From: Thermoplasmata archaeon | GTDB taxonomy: Archaea > Thermoplasmatota > SW-10-69-26 > JACQPN01 > JAJPHT01 | Reading direction: 5' to 3' | NCBI GenBank assembly: GCA_034667685.1 | Contig: JAXDQU010000124.1 | Span: 1-64,000 of the forward strand | DNA: 64,000 bases | Part shown: piece after piece, positions 1-8,632 of the stretch | How the letters are laid out: every line of letters begins with the position of its first letter | Numbering within the stretch: position 1 is the stretch's first letter | Position numbers and translations under genes: made by a program | Notes under the pieces: generated by a model | What the model was told of the DNA's origin: nothing | Seen by the model: the letters and a program-made list of their open reading frames with translations, nothing else | Databases searched by the model: none

Positions 1-64
1 GGGAACAAGGGCCCCCTTCTTCCCCAGTTCCCGTCTACCATCGCTTCCCCTCTTCCCTTCGGCG
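1..64. repeat. Partial purine/pyrimidine-arm palindromic repeat, same family as 10251-10346
   Basis: Ends GCTTCCCCTCTTCCCTTCGGCG, as does the 10251-10346 element; truncated by the window edge. Confidence 0.6.
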
Positions 65-66
65 TT

Positions 67-240
67 CTAGATAACGTGCAGAGCGTTCAGCGCGAGGTAG
101 ATCAGGATCGCGATGCCCACGACGAGCGCGATCTTGAACGCGGCCTTCACGAACTTCCAGATCAGGAAGACCAGGACGATGACGATGATCGCGGCGATGA
201 GCGCCTGCTGGGGGGCGAGGACCAGCGCGAGGGGAAGCAT
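67..240 (-). CDS. Small two-TM membrane protein (57 aa)
   Basis: Manual translation MLPLALVLAPQQALIAAIIVIVLVFLIWKFVKAAFKIALVVGIAILIYLALNALHVI; typical GC3 codons; absent from the ORF track. Confidence 0.75.
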   Translation of the reverse strand: MLPLALVLAPQQALIAAIIVIVLVFLIWKFVKAAFKIALVVGIAILIYLALNALHVI

Positions 241-276
241 ACGCCGGCAGCCCGGCCCGCAGGGATCAGCCTGTCG

Positions 277-396
277 TTAGATGCCGCGCTGCTTGGCGCA
301 CTCGGGGCAGATGGTGATGCTCTGGCCGTTCTCGGTGGTCCGGTACTTGACCTCCGAGGCCTCGATCTTCCGGCCGCAGCTCTTGCAGATCAGCAT
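277..396 (-). CDS. Small CxxC...CxxC zinc-finger microprotein (39 aa)
   Basis: MLICKSCGRKIEASEVKYRTTENGQSITICPECAKQRGI; TATA-like CCTATAGC about 25 nt upstream. Confidence 0.8.
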   Translation of the reverse strand: MLICKSCGRKIEASEVKYRTTENGQSITICPECAKQRGI

Positions 397-441
397 GGGC
401 GTGCGGGCCACGCCGGCCTTCGGCTATAGGGGTTTCGCCGA

Positions 442-536
442 GGCTCTGGGCTCAGGACTCTGGACTCGGGGCTCTCCGGATGCAGAGCAAGCGGGAGCCC
501 CGAGCCCAGAGTCCTGAGCCCAGAGCCCAGAGCCCC
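442..536. repeat. Heptamer-unit (GGCTCWG/GACTCNG) inverted-repeat element, copy 1
   Basis: Left-arm units pair with right-arm GAGCCCA/GAGTCCT units; near-identical to 17295-17385; directly after the kinase stop. Confidence 0.85.
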
Positions 537-542
537 GGCGGC

Positions 543-2726
543 TCACCCCAGCCTCGGCGTCGGCGCCGGCACGCGCGGCAGCGTGAACGAGAAGCACGCG
601 CCCTGGCCCGGCTCGCTCTCGACCCAGACGCGGCCGCCGTGCTGCTCGACGATGCGCTTGACGATGGCGAGCCCCGCGCCGCTCCCGGGGACCTCGGTGG
701 CGGGGCCGCGCTGGAAGAGCTGGAAGATGCGCTGGTGGTAGGCGGCCGGGATGCCCGGGCCGTTGTCGCGCACGAAGACGCGCAGCCCGTCGGGCGTCGC
801 CTCGTGGCCGATGAGGACCTTGGGCTCCTCGGCGTGGCCGTACTTGAGCGCGTTCTCGACGAGGTTCGCCACCACCTGGTGGATGCGGTGCGGCTGGGCG
901 CGCACGACGGGGAAGGGGCGCGCGGGGAGGACGATCTGCGCCCTGCGCTCCTCGACCTTCGTGGCGAGCCCTTCGACCACCTCGTCCACGACGGACTGGA
1001 GGTCGACGTCGCCGAACGCGTCGTCGCGCTGCACGATGAGGCTGAAGGCGTGCAGGGCCTTCACGCGCTCCTTGAGACGCTCGGCGCCCTCGCGGATCCG
1101 GCGCGTCATGCCGCGCGCCTCCTCGGGCGTGATCGTCTCGATCTCCTCGTGGAGCATCTCGGCGACGGTGCCGATGCTGCGGAGGGGCTCGCGCATGTCG
1201 TGCGTCGTCCAGAGCGTGAACTCCTCCAGCTCGCGGTTCATGTTCTCCAGACGGCGGATCGTCTCGTGCTGCGTGGCGTTCGCCTCGCGCAGCTCGGCCT
1301 CCATCCGCTTCATGGGCGTCACGTCGCGCGCGAAGAGCACGAGGCGGGGCGCGTCGCCGGCGAGCAGGCGCGCGTCGACGAGGAAGTGCCTGCCCTCGGC
1401 CGCGAGCGGCACGTCGCGCGCTTCGCCGGTCGCGTACCCTTGCGCGACGAGCCGCTCGATCGCCTCGCGCGCCTCGGGGATCAGCTCCGCCAGGCCCCGC
1501 CCGACGAGCTCCTCGCGCGGGCGGCCGAGCATGCGCGCGGCGGCCGGGTTGAGGTCGAGCAGGCGCCCGCTGCGGTCCAGCTCGGTGAGGTGCATGCGCG
1601 AGGTCTCGAAGAGCGTGCGGTAGCGCGTCTCGCTCTGCGCGAGGCTCCGGTTCGCGATCTCGGCCTGGCGCAGCGCGCGCGCGTTGGCGCACGAGGAGGC
1701 GACGGAGGCTGCGACGGTGCGGAGGAGCTGCTCCTCGCGCTCGCCGAACGCGCGCTGCCCGCGCCGGGGCCAGGCGGAGAGCGAGCCGAGCTTCGCGCCG
1801 CGCGCGTCGCGCACCTGCGCGCTGATGCCCCCGAGGGTGGCGGCCGGGGCGCGCTCCTCGCGCCACATGCGCGCGCCCTCGTCGAGCAGCAGGCGCGCCT
1901 CGCCCGCGTCGAGCAGGTCGCAGCACGCCGCGAGGATCGACTGCGCGACGGCGTCGAGGTCCGCGCTTCCCGCCACCTCGCCGGCGAGCGCGGCGAGGCG
2001 CTGGTGCGTGCGCAGCTCGGCGTCGGCGGTCTCGCTGAGGTGCCCGAAGCGGCGTAGCTGCCAGACGACGGGGACGACGGCGAGCGTCGCGAAGGGGGAC
2101 AGCCTCGCGAGCGCCACGACGCCCAGCCCGAGCGCCGCGCCCGCCGTCGCGCCCGCGAGGGCGAGCACGAGGAAGCGCGTGCGCAGGATGCGCCAGGCCG
2201 AGCCGCCTTCGAGCCGCGCGAAGACGAGGCTCACGAGCGCGCACGTGGCGAGGCTGAAGACGGCGGGCGAGGCGAGCGCGAACCACGGCGAGGGGACGCC
2301 CAGCGCGCGCAGGCCCGCGGCGGCCCCGAGGGCGGCGCTGGCGGCGAGCGCGTACTGCGCGACGTTGAACGCGGCCTTGGCGGGCTCGCGGCGGTGGACG
2401 AGCTGCGAGAGGGTGGAGCTGGCGACGACGCCGAGCACCACGAGCGGCGGCGGGAGCACCACCACGCCCACGAAGAGCGCCGCCTCGTCGAGGCTGATCT
2501 TGGTGCTCTCGCGCCCCCAGTGGAGGACGAAGCCCTGCCGCTGGAGGAGGAAGAAGAGCGCGGCGAACCCCGCGGCCCACAGGTAGGAGAGCGTCGGCTC
2601 GCGCCGGGCGAGCACCGCGGCCACGACGGAGGCCGCCAGGCCCAGCCCGACGGTGACCGAGATGAGCGGGGCGAGCGGGTCGGCGGCCTGCGAGGCGCGC
2701 GCGCGGCGGCTGGCGAATCCGGCCAT
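543..2726 (-). CDS. Membrane sensor histidine kinase (multi-TM N-terminus, GAF-like, PAS, HisKA, HATPase)
   Basis: H-box THDMREPL, N-box NLVENALKY, G1 DNGPGI, F-box IFQLFQR, G2 GSGAGLAIVK; hydrophobic N-terminal region; start could be GTG 2735. Confidence 0.92.
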   Translation of the reverse strand: MAGFASRRARASQAADPLAPLISVTVGLGLAASVVAAVLARREPTLSYLWAAGFAALFFLLQRQGFVLHWGRESTKISLDEAALFVGVVVLPPPLVVLGVVASSTLSQLVHRREPAKAAFNVAQYALAASAALGAAAGLRALGVPSPWFALASPAVFSLATCALVSLVFARLEGGSAWRILRTRFLVLALAGATAGAALGLGVVALARLSPFATLAVVPVVWQLRRFGHLSETADAELRTHQRLAALAGEVAGSADLDAVAQSILAACCDLLDAGEARLLLDEGARMWREERAPAATLGGISAQVRDARGAKLGSLSAWPRRGQRAFGEREEQLLRTVAASVASSCANARALRQAEIANRSLAQSETRYRTLFETSRMHLTELDRSGRLLDLNPAAARMLGRPREELVGRGLAELIPEAREAIERLVAQGYATGEARDVPLAAEGRHFLVDARLLAGDAPRLVLFARDVTPMKRMEAELREANATQHETIRRLENMNRELEEFTLWTTHDMREPLRSIGTVAEMLHEEIETITPEEARGMTRRIREGAERLKERVKALHAFSLIVQRDDAFGDVDLQSVVDEVVEGLATKVEERRAQIVLPARPFPVVRAQPHRIHQVVANLVENALKYGHAEEPKVLIGHEATPDGLRVFVRDNGPGIPAAYHQRIFQLFQRGPATEVPGSGAGLAIVKRIVEQHGGRVWVESEPGQGACFSFTLPRVPAPTPRLG

Positions 2727-2735
2727 CCTGCGCAC

Positions 2736-3962
2736 CTACAGGCTCGCCGCGAGGGCGGCGCGCACGTCCAGGACGCCGGCGGCCGAGTGGCCCGTCAGGT
2801 CGGAGCGCGTGGCCTGCGCGCTCGCGGAGGGGTGCGCGTCGCGGACGAGCGCGGCGGCGCCCGCGACCCACGCGGCGGCCATGCTCGTGCCCGTGCCGTA
2901 GGCGTACGTCCCGCCCAGGAACGTCGAGGCGACGTCGACGCCCGGCGCGAGGAGCGCGACCTGCGGGCCCGAGCTGCTGAAGGAGGCGGGCGCGAGGCTC
3001 TTCCCGATGGCGCCCACGGCGAGCACGTGCGGGTCGCTCGCGGGGAAGCCGACGCAGCTCGCGCACGGGCCCTGGTTGCCGGCCGACGCCACGAGCAGGA
3101 CGTCGTGGTCCGACGCGAACGCGAGCGCCTGCTTGAGCGTCCGGGTGCCGTCCGCCGAGAGCGACATGAGCGCGACCTTCGCGCCGTGCGTCGCGCACCA
3201 GACGAGGCCGAACGCGACGTCCGACTCGCGCCCATGGCCCGTGCCATCCAGCGCCTTCACGGTCATGATCGGCTCGTTGCCGACGCCCGCGACGCCCACG
3301 CCGTTGCCCACGACGGCCGCGGCGATGCCCGCGACGTGCGTGCCGTGGCCCGCGTCGTCCTGGGGCGGGCTGCCTGGCTGCACGAGGTTGACACCGTGCG
3401 ATCCGTCGGAGCCGGTCCAGAGGTTCGCGGCAAGGTCAGGGTGCGCGAGGTCCACGCCGCTGTCGAGGACGCAGATCGGCGCCGCGAGGCTGCCGGCGCT
3501 GATCGACCACGCGCGCGGCACGTCGGCGACCACGAGGCCCCACTGGATGACGACGCCCGGGTCCGCCGCGGCCGCGCCGTTCCACTGGGCTCCGTTCCAT
3601 TGCGCGCCGTTCCACTCCGCGCTGTTCCACTCGGCGCCGTTCCACTGCGCGCCCGCCTCGCTCGCGGCGCCGTCCTTCTCGGCGAAGGCGACGAGGCTGG
3701 AGAGCTTGAGCGCGGCGAGCGCCGCGTTGAGGTCCGCGAAGTCCGCGCGCACGACGCCGATCTCGGGGGAGCTCCCCGTCACGACGCCGCCCAGCGAGAC
3801 GACCAACGACGTCGCGCCGCCCAGGAGGCCGGGCTGCGCGCCCACGAGGAGCGTGCCGGGCGTCGGCGCGGGAAGCAGGCCGCCAAGCAGACCTGCCTCC
3901 GCGGCAGGCGCCAAGGCCGGCGCCAGGGCGAGGGCGAGCGTGAGGACGACAGTCGTACGCAT
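2736..3962 (-). CDS. Secreted S8 (subtilisin-family) serine peptidase with WNGAQ-type repeats
   Basis: Signal peptide; triad motifs VLDSG, HGTHVAG, GTSMA; oxyanion SAGN. Confidence 0.93.
   Translation of the reverse strand: MRTTVVLTLALALAPALAPAAEAGLLGGLLPAPTPGTLLVGAQPGLLGGATSLVVSLGGVVTGSSPEIGVVRADFADLNAALAALKLSSLVAFAEKDGAASEAGAQWNGAEWNSAEWNGAQWNGAQWNGAAAADPGVVIQWGLVVADVPRAWSISAGSLAAPICVLDSGVDLAHPDLAANLWTGSDGSHGVNLVQPGSPPQDDAGHGTHVAGIAAAVVGNGVGVAGVGNEPIMTVKALDGTGHGRESDVAFGLVWCATHGAKVALMSLSADGTRTLKQALAFASDHDVLLVASAGNQGPCASCVGFPASDPHVLAVGAIGKSLAPASFSSSGPQVALLAPGVDVASTFLGGTYAYGTGTSMAAAWVAGAAALVRDAHPSASAQATRSDLTGHSAAGVLDVRAALAASL
3573..3652 (-). repeat. 15-bp coding tandem repeat (5 x W-N-G/S-A-Q/E)
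   Basis: GCCGTTCCAC-type unit repeated at 15-nt period. Confidence 0.9.
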
Positions 3963-4041
3963 GCGGGGCGGTGCGCCGAATCGCCTATTTGACGATGACG
4001 CGAGTGCGCGGGTTCGCCGCTGTGCGACTCGCTAGGGGAGC

Positions 4042-4069
4042 ATAGGCCGACCCGGAGGTCGGCCGTGTG
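4042..4069. repeat. REP-like hairpin, second copy at 63701-63728
   Basis: ATAGGCCGACC-CGGA-GGTCGGCC-GTGTG; same flanks as the second copy. Confidence 0.65.
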
Positions 4070-4075
4070 TCGATG

Positions 4076-4474
4076 TCAGCCGACCAGGCGGCGGTGCTCG
4101 ACCTTGAGGCAACGGTCCTCGACGTAGCGCATGCCGGCCTCCTGCGCGACGCGGCGCGCCTCGTCGCTCTTGATGCCCAGCTGGAGCCAGAGCCCCTTCG
4201 CGTGGATCGCGGCGGCCTGGCGCGCGACCTCGGGCGCTTCGGCCGCGGGGCGGAAGACGTCGACGAGGTCCACGGGGCGGCCGATCTCCGCGAGCGAGCG
4301 GAACGCGCGCCGCCCCAGGATCTCCGGCGCGGTGGGGTTCACGGGGATGATATCATAGCCGTGGGCGAGCATGAAGCGCGGGATCTCGTGCGCGTCCTTG
4401 CCCGGCGTGGCGGAGCACCCCACGACGGCGATGGTCTTCGAGTGGCGGAGCACGTCAACGGGGTCGTCGGTCAT
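4076..4474 (-). CDS. CoA-binding protein (YccU-like)
   Basis: KTIAVVGCS...YDIIPVNP...VDLVDVFR...LWLQLGI...VEDRC; ATGA overlap with the upstream HAD gene. Confidence 0.9.
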   Translation of the reverse strand: MTDDPVDVLRHSKTIAVVGCSATPGKDAHEIPRFMLAHGYDIIPVNPTAPEILGRRAFRSLAEIGRPVDLVDVFRPAAEAPEVARQAAAIHAKGLWLQLGIKSDEARRVAQEAGMRYVEDRCLKVEHRRLVG

Positions 4475-5115
4475 AGCTGCATCAGCGCCTCGTGGAGCCT
4501 GGTGAGATCGGGGATGATGGCGTCGGGCTGCGCGGCGGCCAGCTCGCCCGGGTCGCCGTGGCCGTTCGCGACGGCGATGGTGCGCGCTCCCGCCCCGCGG
4601 CCGGCGACGACGTCCATCACGGTGTCGCCCACGAACGCCGCGCGCGGGGCCGCGACGGCGAGGCGCGAGAGCGCGATGCGGACGCCCTCGGGGTCGGGCT
4701 TGGGGCGCATCACGGTGTCGACGCCCACGACCACGGCGAAGTGGCGCTCGAAGCCCAGCGCGCGCAGCACGGTGCGGGCGGGCTCGACGGCCTTCGTCGT
4801 GACGACCGCCATCGGGACGCCGTGATATCGTTCCAGCGCCTCGCGCGCGCCGGGCGTGGGCCTGACGAGCCGCGGCGCCTCGGTCTCGAACCGCGCGCGG
4901 TAGGCGCGGACCAGGAGCGCGGCGTCGGCGTCGCTGGCCTGGCAAAGCTCGCGGAACATCAGCCGCAGCGGCGCGCCGATCATGCCGGCGACCTGGGCGC
5001 GCGGGACCGGCGGCATGCCCGTCTCGCGCAGCGCGTGCTCGAAGGCGTCGTGGATCGCGGCCGCGCCGTCGACGAGCGTGCCGTCCAGGTCAAAGAGCAG
5101 CGCCTCCGGGTCCAC
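4471..5115 (-). CDS. HAD-family hydrolase (phosphoglycolate phosphatase-like)
   Basis: FDLDGTL, VTTK, KPDPE, VGDTVMD motifs. Confidence 0.9.
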   Translation of the reverse strand: MDPEALLFDLDGTLVDGAAAIHDAFEHALRETGMPPVPRAQVAGMIGAPLRLMFRELCQASDADAALLVRAYRARFETEAPRLVRPTPGAREALERYHGVPMAVVTTKAVEPARTVLRALGFERHFAVVVGVDTVMRPKPDPEGVRIALSRLAVAAPRAAFVGDTVMDVVAGRGAGARTIAVANGHGDPGELAAAQPDAIIPDLTRLHEALMQL

Positions 5116-5151
5116 GGACCGCGGGAGGCGCGTCGAGGTCTTGAAAATTCT

Positions 5152-5223
5152 TCAGGGGAGCGACCAGGGGTCGACGTCGTCCGTGGGGACCTGAGGATGC
5201 TCCGAAGCCTTGGGGTTCGACAT
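5152..5223 (-). CDS. Candidate leaderless micro-ORF (23 aa)
   Basis: MSNPKASEHPQVPTDDVDPWSLP; TTGAAATA box 23 nt before the ATG. Confidence 0.4.
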   Translation of the reverse strand: MSNPKASEHPQVPTDDVDPWSLP

Positions 5224-5282
5224 GGTGCGGAGTTCCGATGCTTGAGTATTTCAAGCTGCGGAAAGCGACGCTTGGCCGGACG

Positions 5283-6194
5283 TCACCCGATCCGCGCCAG
5301 CTCGCGGAACTCGTGGACCCGCTCCTCGATCTCCTTCATGGTGAGGTCCACGAGCCGTTCGGGTCCGAATCGCTCGACGCAGAAGGAGGCGAGCGCGCTG
5401 CCGTACAGCACCGCCTGGCGCAGCGTGGTCTCGTCGGTCTTGCCCGCGCGCGCGACGTAGCCGTAGAAGCCGCCCGCGAAGGTGTCGCCCGCGCCGGTCG
5501 GGTCGAACACGTCCTCCAGCGGGTACGCCGGGGCGCTGAAGACCTTCCCCTCGTGGAAGAGGAGCGCGCCGTGCTCGCCCTTCTTGATGATGAGCGTGCG
5601 CGGACCCATCGCCTGGATCTGGCGCGCGGCCTTCACGAGGTTGGGCGTGCCGGCGAGCTGGCGCGCCTCCTCGTCGTTCACGATGAGCCCGCCCACGCGC
5701 GCGAGCGTCTTCTCCAGCTCGGGGCGCATGCTGCCGATCCAGAAGTTCATCGTGTCGGCCAAGGTCCAGCGCGGCGACTTGACCTGGTCGAGCACCTGGC
5801 GCTGGAGCACCGGGTCGATGTTGGCGAGGAAGACGTGGGGCGTCGTCTCCCAGCCCGCGGGGAGCTTGGGCTGGAACGTCTCCAGCACGTTGAGCCACGT
5901 GCCCAGCGTGTCGCGGTGGTTGAGGTCCTCGTGGTAGCGCCCGCTCCAGCGGAACGTCTTGCCGCCCGGCACCACCTCGATGCCGGAGAGGTCCACGCCG
6001 CGCTCGCGCAGGAAGTCGAGGCGCTCCAGCGGGAAGTCGTCGCCCACGACGCCCACCACGCGCACCGGCGCGAAGAACGAGGCGCCCGCCGCGAAGTACG
6101 TCGCGCTTCCGCCCAGCACGTCCTTGGCCTTGCCGTAGGGCGTCTCGACGTCGTCCAGGGCCACCGTGCCGACCACGAGGAGGGGGCTCGTCAC
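5283..6194 (-). CDS. PfkB-family carbohydrate/nucleoside kinase
   Basis: LLVVGTVALDDVETP, LGGSATY, DPTGAGDTFAGGF; GTG start. Confidence 0.92.
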   Translation of the reverse strand: MTSPLLVVGTVALDDVETPYGKAKDVLGGSATYFAAGASFFAPVRVVGVVGDDFPLERLDFLRERGVDLSGIEVVPGGKTFRWSGRYHEDLNHRDTLGTWLNVLETFQPKLPAGWETTPHVFLANIDPVLQRQVLDQVKSPRWTLADTMNFWIGSMRPELEKTLARVGGLIVNDEEARQLAGTPNLVKAARQIQAMGPRTLIIKKGEHGALLFHEGKVFSAPAYPLEDVFDPTGAGDTFAGGFYGYVARAGKTDETTLRQAVLYGSALASFCVERFGPERLVDLTMKEIEERVHEFRELARIG

Positions 6195-6230
6195 GGCGCG
6201 GCCAGCCGAGCGCGCGGGCATGAGCGTTTC

Positions 6231-6332
6231 GAACCCCGAGCCCGGAGTCCTGAGTCCGGAGCCCCGAGCCCTTCCACGCACCTGAAGGCAACGGGGCTCT
6301 GGGCTGAGGACTCAGGACTCAAGGCTCGGGAC
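6231..6332. repeat. Heptamer-unit inverted-repeat element, copy 2 (arms in opposite order)
   Basis: GAGCCCG/GAGTCCT units followed by GGCTCTG/GACTCAG units. Confidence 0.75.
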
Positions 6333-6544
6333 TAGAGCCAATCCCGCATGTCGGGTCCCAGCACGGCCACGACGAGCACGATGAGCCCCAGGAACGCCGC
6401 GCCCGCCTCCTTGGCCGAAAGGTCGGGCGCCCGCGCCGCGGGAGGAAGGAGCATCGCCAGGCCGGCGGCCAGGGCGGCGAGGCCCACGATGCCCGCGAAG
6501 AGAAGGCCGCGACGCATGCCGAGGGCAGCGCGCGCGGAGGGCAT
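6332..6544 (-). CDS. Small two-TM membrane protein
   Basis: Two hydrophobic helices; start at 6544 or 6517. Confidence 0.6.
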   Translation of the reverse strand: MPSARAALGMRRGLLFAGIVGLAALAAGLAMLLPPAARAPDLSAKEAGAAFLGLIVLVVAVLGPDMRDWL

Positions 6545-6579
6545 GGCGGCTTCGGGAGCGCCGAAGCGACACTCCTCCC

Positions 6580-6933
6580 CTACGCGATGGCCGCGAGCCA
6601 CGCGGCGAACCGGGGGAGCGCCAGCCCGCGCCCCTCGACGGCCTCCAGACGCGCCGTCTCGCGCTCGCCCAGGTAGGCCACGAGGGTGGGCGTGACGTCG
6701 ATGCCGTTCGCGCTGCCCACCGGTCCCTCGCCGCCCGCCTCGACGTCGCGCACGACGAGCCGCCAGCCGGGCGGCGCCTCCGTCCGCAGGAAGCGGTCGA
6801 GGAAGAGGTCGCTCCAGCCGCAGGGCACGCCGCGCCAGAGCACGACCGTCTGGCGCGCGTCGCGCAGGGCGCCCCAGAACGCGGCGTCGTCGGCGAGGCC
6901 GAAGTGGGGAACGCGGTCGAGTCGCTGCTGCAT
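6580..6933 (-). CDS. Thioredoxin-fold protein with CxxS (CGWS) motif
   Basis: VVLWRGVPCGWS and cis-Pro segment GIDVTPTLVAY...ETARL. Confidence 0.65.
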   Translation of the reverse strand: MQQRLDRVPHFGLADDAAFWGALRDARQTVVLWRGVPCGWSDLFLDRFLRTEAPPGWRLVVRDVEAGGEGPVGSANGIDVTPTLVAYLGERETARLEAVEGRGLALPRFAAWLAAIA

Positions 6934-6986
6934 GGACCGGGGCGGGGCCGGTCCGAGCATCGCGCTTCTGGCCGATCTTTCCGAGC

Positions 6987-8135
6987 CTACAGGCGCTCGA
7001 CGATCGTCGCGATACCTTGGCCGAATCCAATGCACATGGTCGACAAGCCGTAGCGCTTCCCCGTCCTCTCAAGCTCGTTGACGAGCTTAGTGACGAGCAT
7101 CGCGCCGGTCGCCCCGAGCGGGTGGCCATGCGCGATCGCGCCGCCGTTGACGTTGACCTTGGACGCGGGGATGCCGCAGTCCTTTATCCAGGCGAGCGGC
7201 ACGGACGCGAACGCCTCGTTGCACTCGAAGAGGTCGATGTCGTGGACGCCGAGCTTCGCCTTGGCGAGCACCTTCTGCGTCGCGGGGATGGGGCCCGTGA
7301 GCATGAGCACGGGGTCGCTGCCCACGGCGGCCTGCGCGACGATGCGGGCGCGGGGCTTCCAGCCGCGGCGCTGCGCGTTCTCGCTCGTGGTGACGACGAC
7401 CGCGGCCGCGCCGTCCACGATGCCGCTGCTGTTGCCCGCCGTGATGCGCCCGTGGTCCGGCCGGAAGACCGGCTTGAGCTTGGCGAGGCCCTCGGCGGTC
7501 GTGGGGCGCGGGTGCTCGTCGGCCTCGACGATCTTCTCCGCGCCGTCGAGCGTGACCTTCACGGGCGCGATCTGCGACTTGTAATGGCCCGCGTCGCGCG
7601 CCTTCGCGTACTTGGCCTGCGAGTCGAGCGCGAACGCGTCGAGGTCCGCGCGCGTGAAGCCCCACTTGTCGGCGATGCGCTCCGCGCTCTCGCCCTGGTG
7701 GAGGATCTCGTAGCGGTCGGCCAGCGCCTCCGAGACGGGGCCGGCGTCGCTGCCGATCGGCACGCGCGTCATGTGCTCGACGCCGCCCGCGATGACGAGG
7801 TCGTTGGCGCCCGCGATGACCGTGCTCGCCGCGAAGTTGATCGCCTGCTGGCCCGAGCCGCACATGCGGTTGAGCTGCACGCCGGGCACGGTGTCGACGT
7901 CCCACGCCAGGAGCGCGACCTTGCGCGCGATGTTGAGCCCCTGCTCGCCCACGGGCGTGACGTTGCCGTAGATCACGTCGTCGATCTCGGTGGGGCGCAG
8001 GCCGAGACGCTCGGTGAGCGCCTTCAGCGGCGCCGCGCCCAGGACCTCCGGGTGCGTGTCCTTGAACGAGCCGTTGCGCTTGCCGAACGGGGTGCGGATC
8101 GCGTCGACGATGACCGCGTCGCGGGGCTGGACCAT
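6987..8135 (-). CDS. Acetyl-CoA acyltransferase (thiolase)
   Basis: NRMCGSG, NEAF, NGGAIAHGHPLGATG, MCIGFGQG; TATA CTTATATT upstream. Confidence 0.95.
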   Translation of the reverse strand: MVQPRDAVIVDAIRTPFGKRNGSFKDTHPEVLGAAPLKALTERLGLRPTEIDDVIYGNVTPVGEQGLNIARKVALLAWDVDTVPGVQLNRMCGSGQQAINFAASTVIAGANDLVIAGGVEHMTRVPIGSDAGPVSEALADRYEILHQGESAERIADKWGFTRADLDAFALDSQAKYAKARDAGHYKSQIAPVKVTLDGAEKIVEADEHPRPTTAEGLAKLKPVFRPDHGRITAGNSSGIVDGAAAVVVTTSENAQRRGWKPRARIVAQAAVGSDPVLMLTGPIPATQKVLAKAKLGVHDIDLFECNEAFASVPLAWIKDCGIPASKVNVNGGAIAHGHPLGATGAMLVTKLVNELERTGKRYGLSTMCIGFGQGIATIVERL

Positions 8136-8205
8136 GCTTCGCCATCGGGCCGGCTCCAATATAAGGGATGCCTCTCCCGAGCGGAAGCCGCTGTGCCGGA
8201 GGACA

Positions 8206-8493
8206 CTACACCCGCAGCGGCTCGCGCACCACCGCATTGCGCTCCGGCACGACGACCCCAGGCGGCTCCTGCGACGTGACCCACGCGAGCACCTGGTCGA
8301 CGCACTGGGCCGCCGGCATCGCGCCGAAGGTGAACGAGGTGCGGTCGCGCAGGAAGGGGGAGGGGACGCCGCGCATCGCCATGTGGCCGGCCTGGAGGTC
8401 GACGAGGCGGCCGTCGGGCAGGTAGGCGCCGATGCGCTCGCGCGCCTGCGGATCGGTCTTCGTGGTGAACAGCACGACGCGCGGCCCGGCCAT
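8206..8493 (-). CDS. Hypothetical protein, resembles the N-terminal module of FAH-family proteins
   Basis: Typical codon use; ERIGAYLPDGRLVDL motif. Confidence 0.55.
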   Translation of the reverse strand: MAGPRVVLFTTKTDPQARERIGAYLPDGRLVDLQAGHMAMRGVPSPFLRDRTSFTFGAMPAAQCVDQVLAWVTSQEPPGVVVPERNAVVREPLRV

Positions 8494-8540
8494 GCCCCAC
8501 GCTCGACGCGCGGGCGCGTCAACGTTTCGCAACCTCCCGA

Positions 8541-8624
8541 CCCGAGCCCTCTTTCGAGCCCCAGCCCGAGCCCTGCTCGCGCGAGGCAGCCGGGCTCGGG
8601 CTGGGGCTCGAAAGAGGGCTCGGG
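8541..8624. repeat. 33-bp perfect inverted repeat of CCCGAG-type hexamers; probable terminator or stabiliser after mscS
   Basis: 8541-8573 is the reverse complement of 8592-8624. Confidence 0.85.
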
Positions 8625-8632
8625 ACGGAGCG

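Noticed and set aside
424-3198. 924-aa Arg-rich ORF and similar long Arg/Ala/Pro-rich ORFs (e.g. 14012-16723, 18428-21394, 59314-61779)
   Set aside because: Alternative or antisense frames of well-supported genes
3573-3652. 15-bp repeats as a CRISPR array
   Set aside because: No spacers, in-frame coding repeat, no cas genes
5200-5240. GGTTCGA as a tRNA T-loop
   Set aside because: No T-stem or cloverleaf pairing around it
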